A DNA stretch of 64,000 nt from the NCBI GenBank assembly GCA_023663825.1, contig JAMPGQ010000002.1, positions 2,762 to 66,761 on the forward strand, read 5' to 3'. Position 1 is the stretch's first letter; each line of letters starts with the position of its first letter. The position numbers and the translations under genes are program-made. Under the pieces are notes generated by a model, which had not been told where the DNA came from, did not search any database, and worked only from the letters and a program-made list of their open reading frames with translations. The stretch is from Anaeroplasma bactoclasticum. GTDB lineage: Bacteria > Bacillota_I > Bacilli_A > Acholeplasmatales > Anaeroplasmataceae. Of this stretch, positions 60,610 to 64,000 are shown piece by piece.

Positions 60610-61296
60610 TTAAAATTTATCAAAAGCAATAAATTTTGTTTTTATAGGACAAAGCTTTTTTAGCATTTGTATAAAATATGCATCTCTTCTAATACTTACA
60701 ATCGTAGTGATATTCATATCCTTTTTAATAAAGGTCGATAAGAAATCATAAAGCTTTGAATCTTCTTCCTTCTCAAAACGAACAAATGCCAATATGTCAG
60801 ATGTAAAATAATCATAAAAAATTACAAATGAATTTCCCATAAGGCTAATCAAATCTATAGATAATCTTATTTGACCATAAGCCTTTATCATATTTTCATA
60901 AGCTAAAGGGATTCTTTTTTCGTAATCTAAAAAAATACACTCTTGATATTTTTTTAATAAATTATCTATATTCCGATCTGAAATATCTATATTCTTGGCA
61001 AAAAAATAATCACAGATTTCTTCTCTATTCATATTTTTTTCTTTTAATAAAGCAATCGTACATATGATTTTTACTGAATATGTATACCCCTTAAAGGCAA
61101 GTTTATTGGCTGTCTGAGAAAAATAAATTTGCTGATCCCTACACGTATTACAACCATATCCCAAATTATGAACACGTATCCGTTTTCCACTTGTAAAATA
61201 AACAAGCCTTTTTGAAACCGCATGACGATATACTAGTTTACTACCACATTTAGGACAGCATAATACTTCAGGTTTATAATATTTTGATATAGTCAT
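60610..61296 (-). CDS. zinc-ribbon domain protein of unknown function
   Basis: N-terminal CPKCG...CNTC. 228 aa. Confidence 0.3.
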   Translation of the reverse strand: MTISKYYKPEVLCCPKCGSKLVYRHAVSKRLVYFTSGKRIRVHNLGYGCNTCRDQQIYFSQTANKLAFKGYTYSVKIICTIALLKEKNMNREEICDYFFAKNIDISDRNIDNLLKKYQECIFLDYEKRIPLAYENMIKAYGQIRLSIDLISLMGNSFVIFYDYFTSDILAFVRFEKEEDSKLYDFLSTFIKKDMNITTIVSIRRDAYFIQMLKKLCPIKTKFIAFDKF

Positions 61297-61299
61297 TTA

Positions 61300-62193
61300 C
61301 TAATTCCTTGTAATCAGCCCAGCAGCACCGAGCATCCCTGCATCATTTAAAAGCTTTGCAATTTCTATTTTAGCATACTTTACGGCATAATGGGATAATT
61401 CTAAATAATGCTTTTGAATCGCATCAATTAATATATCTCCTGCCTTAGAAACACCACCACCAATATAATACACATCTACATCTACAGTAACCGCAAGTAT
61501 CGCAATGCATTTAGCTATATAATATCCAACACGATCTACAACAAACAAACATAAAGGATCCTTCTTTTTAGCCAAATCAAAAACATCCTTCGCAGTAAAA
61601 GATTCTAGTAATTGAGTTTCATAGTCATTATAGTGATACTTTGCCAAACGAACCACACCAGTTGCTGAAGCAACCGTTTCTAAACACCCCTTTAATCCAC
61701 AACTGCAAGCAAAGCTATATTCACTAGCTATGCCCATATGCCCAGCTTCTCCAGCAGCACCATGACTACCTTCTAGAACTTTTCCGTTTAAAACAATGCC
61801 ACAGCCAACTCCTGTACCTAATGTAATCATACAAGCGTTTTGATATTCATTATGATATAGCATCTCTCCTAGGGCAGCAACATTTGCATCATTTTGAGCA
61901 AGTACTTCTACATTAGGAAAATACTTCGCCATTTCTTTGGTTAAATCAACATTCTTAATTCCTACGTTAGGTAAATTATAAATGTAATTATTTACTACAT
62001 TTCCAGGCAAACCAAAGCCGATTCCTTCAATATCTTTTATATGGTTTTTCTTTATATATTCTTTTAAAAACAATCCAATATCTTCAAATAAGGTTTCCTT
62101 ATTTGTAGGTATTTCATATTTTTCTATAATCTTATTTGCTTCAACCACACCAATTTTAACTGTTGTTCCACCTACATCTATTCCAAATTTCAT
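61300..62193 (-). CDS. ROK-family glucokinase
   Basis: N-terminal FGIDVGGT, and CSCGLKGCLE, the ROK zinc motif. Confidence 0.7.
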   Translation of the reverse strand: MKFGIDVGGTTVKIGVVEANKIIEKYEIPTNKETLFEDIGLFLKEYIKKNHIKDIEGIGFGLPGNVVNNYIYNLPNVGIKNVDLTKEMAKYFPNVEVLAQNDANVAALGEMLYHNEYQNACMITLGTGVGCGIVLNGKVLEGSHGAAGEAGHMGIASEYSFACSCGLKGCLETVASATGVVRLAKYHYNDYETQLLESFTAKDVFDLAKKKDPLCLFVVDRVGYYIAKCIAILAVTVDVDVYYIGGGVSKAGDILIDAIQKHYLELSHYAVKYAKIEIAKLLNDAGMLGAAGLITRN

Positions 62194-62195
62194 TT

Positions 62196-62594
62196 TTATC
62201 TACCCCCTAATAAGAAAGATAAAACAGATTCTACTTGATTACTCTGTTTAGACCCAAAGGCACATAAATTAGAAAAATGTTCACAATTATTTGATATAAG
62301 ATCATATCCGCCCTCTCCTAAATGAGATAGTGCACAATCTACAATTTCCTTTGGTTTTCTTTTTATTTTTAATTCTTCTTCTGTATAGGTTCTAACCTCT
62401 ACTTCTCCACCCTTTAAAAATTCTTCTAAAGTAGTTTCTATAATTCTTGCCGTGCTAGGATCTAATATATCCGTTTGTCCTGGAGGTGCAAAATGAATCA
62501 CACTTTTTTTAGAAGCATAGATCCCGTGGTGTGAATAAAATCCTCTGCTTACACGAATTTGATCACCATATTTAGGTTCTCTTTTTTCCCACAT
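62196..62594 (-). CDS. LRAT/NlpC-P60 superfamily (permuted papain-fold) protein
   Basis: HHGIY followed by NCEHF motifs. Confidence 0.4.
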   Translation of the reverse strand: MWEKREPKYGDQIRVSRGFYSHHGIYASKKSVIHFAPPGQTDILDPSTARIIETTLEEFLKGGEVEVRTYTEEELKIKRKPKEIVDCALSHLGEGGYDLISNNCEHFSNLCAFGSKQSNQVESVLSFLLGGR

Positions 62595-62607
62595 AAAATC
62601 ACTTCCC

Positions 62608-64000
<1,393 letters not shown>

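Overview
This 64-kb window comes from a low-GC (about 33%) Bacillota chromosome and is read here from sequence and the ORF track only. Positions 1 to ~37.5 kb are the right-hand part of an integrated temperate phage; its left end (presumably lysis genes and attL) lies beyond the window start. Nearly all prophage genes are on the minus strand. Reading right to left from ~15.0 kb, the late genes are TerS, TerL, portal, an SPP1-gp7-like head protein, a 29-aa hydrophobic peptide, scaffold, major capsid, three small head-tail connector proteins, and tail and fibre proteins (16-7262); no tape-measure-like gene is seen. Reading left to right from ~15.2 kb there is a small plus-strand island of peptide genes and an ArpU/sigma-like late regulator. 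The replication module follows: an SNF2 helicase whose Walker-A region is broken by a frameshift in a (GA)3 repeat, with an HNH endonuclease gene overlapping its start; a VRR-NUC nuclease; a 300-bp iteron-rich putative origin; a primase/helicase; a family-A DNA polymerase; a DUF2815-like SSB; and a Cas4-like PD-(D/E)xK nuclease. Next comes a block of small early genes that includes a Hin/Gin-type serine invertase carrying a G8 tract. The lysogeny region holds a cro/cI-type switch with a GTGCAC-based operator family (an extra copy sits 5.3 kb away), two tandem paralogous XRE regulators, a 512-aa SIR2-like protein, a truncated ImmA/IrrE-like peptidase remnant and a large serine recombinase (35743-37245). 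Positions ~37.6-64 kb are conserved host core, all on the minus strand except one tRNA: a YjcZ-like small protein, HtrA-like protease, TatD, VanZ, a lipoprotein, tuf-fusA-rpsG-rpsL, tRNA-Arg(CCU), a GH13 glycosidase, rpoC, rpoB, a heterodimeric ABC exporter, an Lrp/AsnC regulator, a zinc-ribbon protein, ROK glucokinase, an LRAT/NlpC-like protein and pyrG (partial). The most promising candidate for a new system is the prophage-borne solitary SIR2-like gene with its own XRE paralog and an ImmA-like remnant, sitting between the repressor and the integrase.
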